From a virus (Duplodnaviria; Caudoviricetes): a DNA stretch of 64,000 nt. Shown here one piece after another: positions 39,315-48,856 of the stretch. Under the pieces are notes generated by a model. The model searched no databases, was not told where the DNA came from, and saw nothing but the letters and a program-made list of their open reading frames with translations. Numbering within the stretch: the stretch's first letter is position 1; every line of letters begins with the position of its first letter. The stretch lies in the IMG/VR virus record IMGVR_UViG_3300033066_000778, positions 32,001 to 96,000 of that record; one strand, 5' to 3'. A program made the position numbers and the translations under genes.

Positions 39315-39689
39315 TTAGAAGTATTGAGGTCTTACAGTCACATCCACAACGTCGAGAATCGTTTCCCCTTGGTCAGAACTAGTACAAGTAAGTGTAGCTG
39401 TTCCTTCAGCATTGCTTTCTACGTCGATTGTCGTATAAGAAGCAGAAATAACAGAAGCTACAGCGGTATTAGACGAAGTCCAATTTACTGTTCCACTAGG
39501 AGTAGGAGAAAGTACAACAGGTAGCGTAAATGTGAATGGAGTATTTAACGTACCACCAGTAAAGGATTCATTCGTTAGTTTAAAAAGAACTCCTGGGTTT
39601 GATCCTGATGTCGGCCTATTGATAACAACACGGGCGTCAGTTTCATAAACAGGGTTACTCACATCGTAATTTACGCTAATGGTTGTCAT
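39315..39689 (-). CDS. Ig-like (Big_2-type) domain protein
   Basis: VNWTSSNTAVASV...EGTATLTCTS motif. Confidence 0.7.
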   Translation of the reverse strand: MTTISVNYDVSNPVYETDARVVINRPTSGSNPGVLFKLTNESFTGGTLNTPFTFTLPVVLSPTPSGTVNWTSSNTAVASVISASYTTIDVESNAEGTATLTCTSSDQGETILDVVDVTVRPQYF

Positions 39690-39697
39690 ACTTCCTC

Positions 39698-40285
39698 CTA
39701 GAAGATTTTTCCTAAAACAAAACCGTATGTAGTTCTGTCATAACTTTTATCGTGGTTATTGCTGTCTAAGAAGTGGTACACATTACCATTTAGTTTAATA
39801 TAAGCTCCAAATGGCTGATATGTCAAGCGAAGCTCATATTCCTGACCGTTTAGTTCGTTTATCTTATCTGTACCAGAGAAAATCTGTCGTGCAGTAGCCA
39901 AAACAGACACTTGTTGACTAATTGGTTGATCTATTCCAAGTACTACACAAGGGCGGAAAGAACTTTTACTCCATAAAGGTGCTTTTGTATAAGAGTAACC
40001 TACACAACCTCCACCAATAATTGGAGTTTCAGGAACGGAGTAAAAAGCGTTTAAGTGCGACGTTCCACTCCACCCAAATTCTTCATTAGTTTTTCTGTTA
40101 GGGGACCAATCACCATCAAAAGAAAAAGTAAACTGGTTTAATTTATACTTTACTTCTGCACCTAACGTGTAAGTAGGTGACGTGTAACCCAATCCAGATA
40201 AATTAGCCATACCAATAAACACAGAGTTATTCCACTGCGCATTTAGAGGTAAAGCAAGTAATAAGAGTAAAAGAAGTTTTTTCAT
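39698..40285 (-). CDS. Outer-membrane beta-barrel protein
   Basis: Signal peptide MKKLLLLLLLALPLNA, alternating amphipathic strands, C-terminal TYGFVLGKIF ending in Phe. Confidence 0.7.
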   Translation of the reverse strand: MKKLLLLLLLALPLNAQWNNSVFIGMANLSGLGYTSPTYTLGAEVKYKLNQFTFSFDGDWSPNRKTNEEFGWSGTSHLNAFYSVPETPIIGGGCVGYSYTKAPLWSKSSFRPCVVLGIDQPISQQVSVLATARQIFSGTDKINELNGQEYELRLTYQPFGAYIKLNGNVYHFLDSNNHDKSYDRTTYGFVLGKIF

Positions 40286-40318
40286 AATAGCGTTTTTGAC
40301 TCTCAGTTCTTGGCATAG

Positions 40319-42100
40319 CTAAAATGTCCACTCACCTGTGATTTGTCCAAACCACTCTGTTGCATTTATAGCAGTTAACTTGATAATGGACCCTACGAAG
40401 TTTGATGTAATACTTCCCCCAGGTGCAGTCACTGAAGCCGCTACACGAATCGTGTCACCTGTAGCTGCTGTAACAGTTACTGTTTGAGCAGCTTGTACTG
40501 CAATTGTGTATTCAAGACCAGCTACTGCTGAAGGAAGTGTAATAGTACTTCCATCCGCATCACCTTCATTGGTATAAACCGTCCTTGAATCCGTTGCTGC
40601 TGGTGTTGCTGTTCCTGTATTTGGGGTTACTTTGACTTGAGCGAAAGTAGGTCCATTTAAGTAAATTCCGCATGTACTCTCTAAGGAAATTCCGCCTCCA
40701 CCATTACCACTCTCTAAGGAAATTCCGCCTCCACCATTACCAATCTTGATTCTTTCCCGTGTCAGGGAACTGTGGGCAGATAACGTTAGATACCCCGTCC
40801 CCAAAGTATAAATACTAGGAGTAGTACTTTCCTGAGAAACAATTAGTGATCCATACCCCGTTGAACCATCAGTGACTTTTACAACACCAGCTGAGGAACG
40901 GGCTAGACCAACGTCTTGAGAATTTCCAAAGATGATTCCATCATTGGGGATATCGACAGTAATGGCAACATGGCTGCCAGTATCAGCAAAGTAAGCGTAC
41001 TGTGGAGATGAGATTATGGGTATAACGGTTGGCCCACTGACGTATATGTTGTAACCGTAGTGATTATCACCACAACCAAAACCAAGTGTTCCAATAGTAC
41101 CTTGTTTAATGGCTGCAACTTCAACCCCTTCACATAGGAAGGATACGTGTTTAGTGCTGTTTGGTACATTGACATCAACCTGTCCAGTACCAGCAACTTT
41201 GAACACCGTAGCAGTAGTACTGTCTATGATCTCAAATGGACTAGCAGTCTGAGCCGCTGTCATTCCAAGACGTAGGTTTGGTTTCGTTGTGTACCCAACG
41301 GCAGGAATTTCCATTACAGGAGTAGTGTTGGCTTCTGTACTGAATGTTATGAAGTTAGCGGAGTTTGTTCCAAATGCTGCAGTTGTCGATGTGAAAATGT
41401 GGGGAATACCGTTAAAGAACCCATAACCGTTATAGACAGTAGTGGAAGCAAACGCGGTTCCTGCAAACATTCCAGGGCCTAGACTGTTGTAACCTAAGTT
41501 TAGGTATTCATCTCCAGCGTATTTGAGACTAAGCCACTTTGAAGATAATGCGGGATTCAGTGTTATGGTATCTGTTCCGCCTAATGTAGTTCCATTTATC
41601 CAATAAGCCATTTGATTTGCAGTGCCAGATCCAAGAATCCCTGATGCCGCTGCTAGTGTTTTCCAGTGAGCATTATCTGTTGCAGGGGATTCAGCTAGGA
41701 TATAAGTAAACCCATTATCCGTTTGAATGGCAACGTCGCCAACCTGAACATTTAGACCTAGACGCTCTGCTTGAGTTGTTACAACGTATGTATCTGAAAT
41801 TGCTAATTGAGGTAATTGATCTAAATCAAGTTTACCTGTAGCGTCTAATGTAGCTAAACCTTCTGGTACTGCTGGGTACATGTCAGCACCAGTTACAGTT
41901 TCAACGTAATCGTAAACTAAATCTGTAATAGGGTCTACAACAATATCGTTACCAACAGATGTCAGTCCATATTTTTCATACTCAGGTAAATAAAAGTTAC
42001 CACTAACATACTTTCCTGGTTTAACGATAATACCCGGAATTTTATATCCAGGTACAGAAAGTGTGTATAGATTATCGTTTCTAAAGAATGCTTTTGCCAT
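40319..42100 (-). CDS. Fibre/decoration protein (shared N-terminal module, shared C-terminal tip domain)
   Basis: GLATLDATGKL and VQVGDVAIQTD fibre motifs; C-terminus paralogous to 44387..45505. Confidence 0.7.
   Translation of the reverse strand: MAKAFFRNDNLYTLSVPGYKIPGIIVKPGKYVSGNFYLPEYEKYGLTSVGNDIVVDPITDLVYDYVETVTGADMYPAVPEGLATLDATGKLDLDQLPQLAISDTYVVTTQAERLGLNVQVGDVAIQTDNGFTYILAESPATDNAHWKTLAAASGILGSGTANQMAYWINGTTLGGTDTITLNPALSSKWLSLKYAGDEYLNLGYNSLGPGMFAGTAFASTTVYNGYGFFNGIPHIFTSTTAAFGTNSANFITFSTEANTTPVMEIPAVGYTTKPNLRLGMTAAQTASPFEIIDSTTATVFKVAGTGQVDVNVPNSTKHVSFLCEGVEVAAIKQGTIGTLGFGCGDNHYGYNIYVSGPTVIPIISSPQYAYFADTGSHVAITVDIPNDGIIFGNSQDVGLARSSAGVVKVTDGSTGYGSLIVSQESTTPSIYTLGTGYLTLSAHSSLTRERIKIGNGGGGISLESGNGGGGISLESTCGIYLNGPTFAQVKVTPNTGTATPAATDSRTVYTNEGDADGSTITLPSAVAGLEYTIAVQAAQTVTVTAATGDTIRVAASVTAPGGSITSNFVGSIIKLTAINATEWFGQITGEWTF
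40676..40742. repeat. Perfect 33-bp in-frame tandem duplication
   Basis: actctctaaggaaattccgcctccaccattacc occurs twice; encodes GNGGGGISLES x2. Confidence 0.95.
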
Positions 42101-42103
42101 CTG

Positions 42104-42436
42104 TTACTCACTATTGAAAGTTGTTCGAGGCTTCTTTTCTTTTACAGGAGGTTCTTGTCCTTTTATCATCTTAACTTTTTTACTGACTTTTCTCGACACA
42201 GTTTTATCTGAAGGGATGGAATTGATTGGACCCCAAAGGTTACCGGCTAAAGTATCACCGATGTCTACTATAATAGACGCGATTAAAGGACGGGTTTTGG
42301 GGTTCTTATAGCGAAGGCGTATAACATTGATAACGATTTTCGCTATAAAGAAACCAATAATTACATTCGGGTGTTTTTGCAGAAAGGCAATAACAACCGT
42401 AGTAAAATCAATTTGGTTAAGAACAGCTGGATCCAT
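42104..42436 (-). CDS. Small membrane protein, holin candidate
   Basis: Hydrophobic N-terminal segments and a strongly basic C-terminus. Confidence 0.4.
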   Translation of the reverse strand: MDPAVLNQIDFTTVVIAFLQKHPNVIIGFFIAKIVINVIRLRYKNPKTRPLIASIIVDIGDTLAGNLWGPINSIPSDKTVSRKVSKKVKMIKGQEPPVKEKKPRTTFNSE

Positions 42437-42651
42437 TATCCTGGTATAACCTCATGCTTTTTGAAGATGGCTTCGGCAGCATCTTGACGCTGTTTAGTCT
42501 CTTCTGGTGTTTCCCCGGCTACCTGTGACATAAGAGGAATAAGCCCTTGGATGATTGGGGCGATATGTATCTCTAGATCAGGTTTACGAATTACAGCTTT
42601 GATTAAAATATCAGCCGCTTGTCCAATTAGGAAAAGTAGAATAGGACTCAT
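42436..42651 (-). CDS. Small hypothetical protein
   Basis: 71 aa, TAATG-coupled on both sides. Confidence 0.55.
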   Translation of the reverse strand: MSPILLFLIGQAADILIKAVIRKPDLEIHIAPIIQGLIPLMSQVAGETPEETKQRQDAAEAIFKKHEVIPG

Positions 42652-43052
42652 TATTTGTTCTCCTTCTTAACTGGAGGGTTTACAACAAGGTCTGGTCCAC
42701 CATTGGCTTTTACCAAAGTCGTTAAACTGATTAAGAGCTTCTGTAAGGCATCGAACTGAACGGATAGGTCATTTGTCTTTCCAGCCTTGTAAAGCTGTAA
42801 GGCACTATCGGTTGCTCGATAAGTATCAGGAAAGTTCTTATGAACAAACTTAAATACATTCTTTGTATCTTCAGAAAGCTTTAAGTAGTTCTGCTCGTAC
42901 CAATCCATACCTTCGTCATAGATTATTGTACTACCTTTTAAAGTTTGTTCTACTTTAATTACTAGTTTGTCTTCACCAGGATTTGGTGGTAAGCACCCAA
43001 TAAGGAAAATAGGAAGAAGTAAAGCTATGATGTACCTTTGTGCTGTTTTCAT
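42651..43052 (-). CDS. Lipoprotein
   Basis: MKTAQRYIIALLLPIFLIG-C lipobox. Confidence 0.7.
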   Translation of the reverse strand: MKTAQRYIIALLLPIFLIGCLPPNPGEDKLVIKVEQTLKGSTIIYDEGMDWYEQNYLKLSEDTKNVFKFVHKNFPDTYRATDSALQLYKAGKTNDLSVQFDALQKLLISLTTLVKANGGPDLVVNPPVKKENK

Positions 43053-43060
43053 ATAAGTCC

Positions 43061-44377
43061 TTAGTACGTAATAGGAATTCTTATTTTAGATAGGTTAATT
43101 GATGCTGTTTGAGTTCCGTCAGAAGCTAATCTTGCGTAAAGAGCAAAGTATCTTCCCGTACCGCTCACGGTTACAGAGCCAGCAGCTTGATAAGTACTTG
43201 CAGCAGGAGAAGGAGATCCGCCTCTTACAGCGCTATATGTAACAGTACCTAAATCTCTATACCGTGTATTTGTAGCATTAACCAACGCATTTTGAATATC
43301 CGTATTAGATATTGTTGTACCAGAAGCTGTAAGATCTACAGAAGCAACTAGAGTTACATCAGTACTTGCAGCAAAACCAGCCGCAGAATCGCCTGGAATA
43401 CTTATTCCTCTATTACCTGGATACATACTGCTGTAATAATCTTTAAAATAACTTACTTCTCCTGTTGGAGTTCCAGTACCTGACCCTCTAAACAAAGAAA
43501 ATCCAAAAGCTATTGCTCCATTTATGCGTCGTGTTGCAGTTGCGAAAACAATATTATTTTCTGCTATTTTTACCCAAGAAGAAGGAGAAGTAGGTGGAGT
43601 TGTTACAGCATCTACGGAAACAGCTAGCCCTATATTAGATCCATTTTTCCATGCCCAAACCCATTCAGCTTGATCATCGGCCGCCGTTATATTCGTAAAA
43701 GAAGAAGTGTCTACTTGAGATCCAACTCCGTAACCATTTCTATAAATATCTGTCCGCACCATTGACGCTACATCTGTAGGGTCAGCAACAATAAAAGCCA
43801 TTCCTGTAGAAGTATCACTTGCTTGTAAACAATGAATACGTGCTATACAAGAATAATCATCGTTGTAACTTATCAACTTATGGAGTAACGGTGCAGTACC
43901 TGCTCCGGACCACCAATCATATGATCCAGAAGCTGTTCCAACTAAGTGTAATCTATTAGCAGTAGTAACATTTGCATCAATAGCAGAAAAATTAGTTGGA
44001 TTTTTTATAGTCCAACCTGTTCTAGGATTAGCTTTCGCATCAGCAATAGTTGTAGAAAAAATAGTCGTTGGAGCTAACTCTAGTAAATCTCCTGAATAAA
44101 GAGACCTATTAATTCCTGCTGGTAATGATCCTATTACATCTGGAAGAATGTAACCAAGAACTATTGAGGAGCCCGCGACAGGTGTATCCCATGTAACAGC
44201 ACCTGCTCCGTCTGTTTTTAGAAACTTGCCACCGTTTCCTGTTTGAGTAGGAAGAATGGAGGCTTGGGCGTCAGCCTGGGAAGTAGATCCTGTACCACCA
44301 TCAGTAACAGCGACAGTACCAGGAAGGTCTACTACACCACCCGTTGTGGTTAATCCGTATGTTTTAGTATCTGACAT
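43061..44377 (-). CDS. Fibre protein with lectin-like beta-sandwich C-terminal part
   Basis: VAVTDGGTG and LPTQTGNGGKFLKTDG..VTW fibre repeats; beta-rich remainder. Confidence 0.6.
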   Translation of the reverse strand: MSDTKTYGLTTTGGVVDLPGTVAVTDGGTGSTSQADAQASILPTQTGNGGKFLKTDGAGAVTWDTPVAGSSIVLGYILPDVIGSLPAGINRSLYSGDLLELAPTTIFSTTIADAKANPRTGWTIKNPTNFSAIDANVTTANRLHLVGTASGSYDWWSGAGTAPLLHKLISYNDDYSCIARIHCLQASDTSTGMAFIVADPTDVASMVRTDIYRNGYGVGSQVDTSSFTNITAADDQAEWVWAWKNGSNIGLAVSVDAVTTPPTSPSSWVKIAENNIVFATATRRINGAIAFGFSLFRGSGTGTPTGEVSYFKDYYSSMYPGNRGISIPGDSAAGFAASTDVTLVASVDLTASGTTISNTDIQNALVNATNTRYRDLGTVTYSAVRGGSPSPAASTYQAAGSVTVSGTGRYFALYARLASDGTQTASINLSKIRIPITY

Positions 44378-44386
44378 AGATTTTCC

Positions 44387-45505
44387 TTATATCGTCCAAG
44401 TTCCAACGACGCTAGTAGCTACCCACTCAGTGTCGTTTATAGCTACAAGTGTAATAGCCGAACCTACAGTTGCCGACGTAATAGAGCCAGCGACGGCTGT
44501 AACAGAAGTATCAATTCTAATTGTATCGCCGGTATTAGCCGTAATTGTAATAGTCTGTGCTGTTTGTACATAAACTGTATACGTAATTCCAGATGCAGCA
44601 GTCGGTAATTCTAAGACACTTCCATCAGCATCACCAAGGTTAGTAAAAACAGCACCAGAGTCTTCAGGAGTTAAAGCAAGAGTAGTATAATTGTCTATAA
44701 TAGCAACTATCCCAATCGTATTCCACTGCGCAGCCGAACCGTTATTAGAAAGGTACTGCCCTTTAGTACCAACAGACATTGCTGGAAGTTCTACTGGTAT
44801 AGCCGCCCATGAAACATTACTACCGTTAGTAGTAAGGAACTCTCCACTATGTGTAGCTTGATCTGGTATATCTGTTGGAATATCTGCCCAAGAAGCCGCA
44901 GATCCATTAGTTGTTAAAAACTTACTTCCATTACCCGACTGGTCTGGTAAAATACCATCAGCTGTGATGGACGCCCAATCTGCTGTTGTAGCTGACGTAG
45001 CTACTAAAGCCTGTCCGGCAGTAGGAACTGTAAAGCTTGCGACGCTTACTTCGTCACCATTAGTGTTTTTTAAACCCTGCGTAAAGTAAGAAGTACCGTT
45101 TAAAACACCGATAAACTGTCCGTCGCATCGAATAGATCCGGCAACGTCAATTTCATACGATGGTGTTGGTGTTTTAATACCTAATCTAAAATTTGTATAG
45201 TCCCAAACCAAATGCTGAGATTGTGCAAAAGTACCAGAATTATTAGCGAAGTAAATTTGTTTTTCTACCGCACTAGCTAAACCTGTTCCGCCTTTATTGA
45301 CAGGAACAACGTTTAATGAAATAGTGTTTACACTACGAGATAAAGGAGCCGAAAAGGTTAAGACACTTTCGGCTCCAATAATACTCGGAGTAGCACTAGA
45401 GAAGTTTATTTTGGTGTAATCAATAGCCGCCGATGGAGAAACTTTAGCATTGACTATAGCTCCATCTTTGATTTGATTACCAGAAATCTGTGTGACATCA
45501 CTCAT
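44387..45505 (-). CDS. Fibre protein
   Basis: IKDGAIVNAKV, VPVNKGGTG, NFRLGIKTPTP and three LPxQ..xGxFLTTNG..xSW repeats. Confidence 0.75.
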   Translation of the reverse strand: MSDVTQISGNQIKDGAIVNAKVSPSAAIDYTKINFSSATPSIIGAESVLTFSAPLSRSVNTISLNVVPVNKGGTGLASAVEKQIYFANNSGTFAQSQHLVWDYTNFRLGIKTPTPSYEIDVAGSIRCDGQFIGVLNGTSYFTQGLKNTNGDEVSVASFTVPTAGQALVATSATTADWASITADGILPDQSGNGSKFLTTNGSAASWADIPTDIPDQATHSGEFLTTNGSNVSWAAIPVELPAMSVGTKGQYLSNNGSAAQWNTIGIVAIIDNYTTLALTPEDSGAVFTNLGDADGSVLELPTAASGITYTVYVQTAQTITITANTGDTIRIDTSVTAVAGSITSATVGSAITLVAINDTEWVATSVVGTWTI

Positions 45506-47052
45506 TATGCTTTTCCTACTGTAATCCAGAACGTAGCTGGAGAGGGTGATGACTGAACCACAGCCATTATATTAGCCGATTGCCCTTGAGTACTTAGTGT
45601 CAAAGTCGTTTGTCCGTTAATCTGCTGACCATTCGACGGCGCAATTAAAACAGCATTAGTAGTAGCGTCGTACTTAGCAAACGTATAGAGCGTACCGTTC
45701 TTTACCACTCCACCGACTGTTAGTTCAGGTAGTTCAACCGTAGTGGCTGTCGATGCACAGTCGAAGATAAAGACTTTTTCATCGTAGTTATCAACGGCGT
45801 AAGAACCACCGACTAAAAAGATTGGTGGTGTACTTATCCCAGCTACGTCAATACTCTTGACAAAGAGATTTCCGTTGGTATCTAATTGCGCTGTAATTGC
45901 GTTTGTATTGTCTTTTGTTTGTAACGCAAGAGCATTAGCTGTATTGGTTACGTTTTCTACTAGTATAGCTGGGACTGTTACAGAGGAAGTAGTAAAGGTT
46001 TCTAAAGGAAGGCTAAATACCGTTCCCTCGATTGATGCACCTTCCTCTAACGTAATGGTATTGAAGGCATCAGTTTTTGCGTAGAAAGAAATAGAACTGT
46101 TTGCTAACGTGTCTAAGGCATCTACAGCAAATACTTCATTTAGATCTTCTGCATACGCAGTTATATTCCCGTACGATATTAAACCAGCTGCTCTAAAAAG
46201 ACCTGTTGGGCTTAATGACGCAACGATCGGGAGGTCATCAGCGTCGTCTACAAAGATGGTTGCGTCTTTATTCAAGAACGCAGCAAGGTATCTATAGTCA
46301 GAGTGGACAAAGGTCATTAACCGAGCAATAGTATCTGCAACAACAGTAGTATCGTCCTCAGTTGAGTTTAAGCGAACGATACCGTCTATATCGTAGATAT
46401 TACCTGTTAAACCAATATGTCCGGTTTGGCTTATGATTGGTAAGGTTTGCTTTGCTATTGCTCCACCATCGTGGGTAGCAGTAATAGAAATCGAACCGTT
46501 TAGTGTTTGATTTCCATTAGAAAGTGAAAGAGATAAAGGCGTTACAGCAGCAGTTGCTGTTAAACCTGGAGCGTCTACGTCAATAGCGAAGCGAGTTTCA
46601 CCTTCAGCAAACGTAGTTACAACCGTTGACCCTGCGCCGTCAATCAGTACGATAGCATCATGGTATCCGTTGACTGATTTAACTACTTCGCCGCCTGCAA
46701 TATCATCGGCAACGATAGTTCCATCAGCAATCATCGAAGATGTGATAGAGCCAGGAGACAAGGATATCGTTGCTTCAGTACCTACAATGTCAACAGTGAT
46801 TCCAGTTCCGGCAATAATATCTGTGATACCATCTGAGCCTGAACCGGAACCACCTCCACTTCCTTCGGGGTAGACGTAATAGACGTTTAATGGATCAACT
46901 ACACCATTATACTCGTCTAAAAGTCCAATTAAAGCGAGATCATTATAATATGTACCCTTTACTAATCCCCCTGGAGGGACTGAAGTGGATGACCCCATTG
47001 CATTAGGAACTGCAATTCTAAATTGGTGGGGATTAATAAAATAAGGTATCAT
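45505..47052 (-). CDS. Fibre/decoration protein (shared N-terminal module)
   Basis: GITDIIAGTGITV, GSITSSMIADGTI and VKSVNG fibre motifs. Confidence 0.7.
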   Translation of the reverse strand: MIPYFINPHQFRIAVPNAMGSSTSVPPGGLVKGTYYNDLALIGLLDEYNGVVDPLNVYYVYPEGSGGGSGSGSDGITDIIAGTGITVDIVGTEATISLSPGSITSSMIADGTIVADDIAGGEVVKSVNGYHDAIVLIDGAGSTVVTTFAEGETRFAIDVDAPGLTATAAVTPLSLSLSNGNQTLNGSISITATHDGGAIAKQTLPIISQTGHIGLTGNIYDIDGIVRLNSTEDDTTVVADTIARLMTFVHSDYRYLAAFLNKDATIFVDDADDLPIVASLSPTGLFRAAGLISYGNITAYAEDLNEVFAVDALDTLANSSISFYAKTDAFNTITLEEGASIEGTVFSLPLETFTTSSVTVPAILVENVTNTANALALQTKDNTNAITAQLDTNGNLFVKSIDVAGISTPPIFLVGGSYAVDNYDEKVFIFDCASTATTVELPELTVGGVVKNGTLYTFAKYDATTNAVLIAPSNGQQINGQTTLTLSTQGQSANIMAVVQSSPSPATFWITVGKA

Positions 47053-47540
47053 TATTGAGCCTTAATTCCAAACTGGTATTCGGGAGCTTGTTCTCTCCCT
47101 GGGTTAACATCAAACATCTCAGGGTCGCCAGTTGACGCTAAGTAGTACTTTCCACATGTCTTGTAGTCTAAAGCAGAGAATAAACAAGGTTTAGAATCTA
47201 CTCTGCAAATCCCAAGTAAAAAAGCCGGACATGGGTTATAGTCAGGATTAGTTGACATTACATTAGGATTTTTTGTATTAGCCTCAACAGGCTGCTGTGG
47301 TTGGACCGCGTCTTCTTTTAATGTTTTCATAACTTCCATACTCGGGTCCAAAGTGTAGTCAGTCTTTGGTATGTTAGGAACGTAGTCAGCAGTCAACTGA
47401 ATAGGGTTTGTTTTCCTACGCTCAGTTGGCTGCTGACCAGCACTTATCCAATTCATACCGTAACCCTCCATATCCTTGTTCAAAATCATATTGGACAAGG
47501 TTAGAGGGTCTACGCCATCGTTTTCTTTAATGTTGGACAT
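47052..47540 (-). CDS. Hypothetical protein with Cys-rich C-terminus
   Basis: CPAF..GIC...KPC...TC; NIKE and LKE sites. Confidence 0.55.
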   Translation of the reverse strand: MSNIKENDGVDPLTLSNMILNKDMEGYGMNWISAGQQPTERRKTNPIQLTADYVPNIPKTDYTLDPSMEVMKTLKEDAVQPQQPVEANTKNPNVMSTNPDYNPCPAFLLGICRVDSKPCLFSALDYKTCGKYYLASTGDPEMFDVNPGREQAPEYQFGIKAQ

Positions 47541-48355
47541 TAAGAAATCGTTACTCCAGCACTAGAAGTCGTGTACCATACACCCTGATAAGCAACGAGA
47601 GTAACGTGGCTTCCAACGTTGGTGTCAAAAGTAAGCGTGGTGTTGGTTCCACCATTTACTTTCCCAGAGGCAACACTAATTACGTGAGCGTAACCAGTTG
47701 TCGAAACGAAGGTCATTGTATAACCATCATGCGTGGTGACCGTTGGGGTTGCAAGCGTTGAGGAGCCTAGAGCGGACCCCTTGGTGATAAAATACGTGAT
47801 GTTATTAGCAGCTGCGATAGCGCCATCCGTTAGCTTCGCAGAAACAGTTGGAGGCGTTGCAAGGGCAATGGTATACGTTCCAGCAACTGGAGTTACTGTG
47901 ATACCCGTACCTTGCGCAATGTCAACGACATCAGCTGCAACTTCAAACGTTCCACTTGTTGGAGTTACGGTAATACCGTCGCCAGCAGTTACTTCAACTA
48001 CGTCAGCCTTAACTGTGTATACGCCGTTTAGCTTTGTTACTGCAATGCCGTCGCCTGCATGGATGTCAACTACGTCAGTAGAAATTTCCCCACCAGCAGT
48101 GATGTTGACTCCATCGCCAGCGGAAATCGTAGCTGTTTCGACTTCAGAAGATTCCGTATAGGCTAGAAGTGTTGGATCAGCAGTTACTTCGGCAGGCGTT
48201 CCAGTTCCTTCGTCTGTTAAGAAACCTAGCTCTGCCATAGGAGCAAAAGAGTCACCCTTAACATACTGACCTGGGTTGATCTTGATCGTACCACTGACAC
48301 CGAGAGGTAGTTCTAGTCTAGTGGTCTTTGCGTTCTTGTAGTAGTTATTAGCCAT
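47540..48355 (-). CDS. Fibre/decoration protein with AGDGI repeats (shared N-terminal module)
   Basis: Four ~23-aa repeats of the type DVVxIxAGDGIxVT. Confidence 0.7.
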   Translation of the reverse strand: MANNYYKNAKTTRLELPLGVSGTIKINPGQYVKGDSFAPMAELGFLTDEGTGTPAEVTADPTLLAYTESSEVETATISAGDGVNITAGGEISTDVVDIHAGDGIAVTKLNGVYTVKADVVEVTAGDGITVTPTSGTFEVAADVVDIAQGTGITVTPVAGTYTIALATPPTVSAKLTDGAIAAANNITYFITKGSALGSSTLATPTVTTHDGYTMTFVSTTGYAHVISVASGKVNGGTNTTLTFDTNVGSHVTLVAYQGVWYTTSSAGVTIS

Positions 48356-48370
48356 TTTTGTCTCCTTGTT

Positions 48371-48856
48371 TTATTCCATGTTGGAAATAAACTTAAACGT
48401 TTTTGATAATCGGTTAATCCACCCATAGCGGAATACTTCTAGTTTGTCATTCATTTGTAACAGTGTTTTAAGTACATTATACTGAAGCGTTAGATAAAGA
48501 AAACATAACGAATCTTCAGTAAGTGATTTACGTGTATTTTGTAGGTCATTAACGTCATTTAGAATCTTGTTAGCTCTAGTTTTCCAAAGAAGAACAACAG
48601 CTTGAAAGTGACAAATGGCTAATTTCGGCGTTAGCTTATCGCAGCCACCTTGGAGCCAATACTCGCTATAGTAGATATCCTTGGCTTCTTGTTCTGTTAT
48701 GTTATAAACGTCAGCTGGAGGTTGAGCTTTCTTTACTCGCCAAGCATCATATGTTTTTTGAGTAATACCGAAACTAGTTTTACCACCAGGGTCGTTTGGG
48801 TTGTTACTTTTTTTGCCTTCAAGATAAAGGATTAGGTCAAACGCTTGATCAAACAT
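48371..48856 (-). CDS. Endolysin, glycoside hydrolase family 108
   Basis: FDQAFDLILYLEG...NPNDPGGKTSFGITQKTY, IYYSEYW and C-terminal FRYGWINRL. Confidence 0.85.
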   Translation of the reverse strand: MFDQAFDLILYLEGKKSNNPNDPGGKTSFGITQKTYDAWRVKKAQPPADVYNITEQEAKDIYYSEYWLQGGCDKLTPKLAICHFQAVVLLWKTRANKILNDVNDLQNTRKSLTEDSLCFLYLTLQYNVLKTLLQMNDKLEVFRYGWINRLSKTFKFISNME

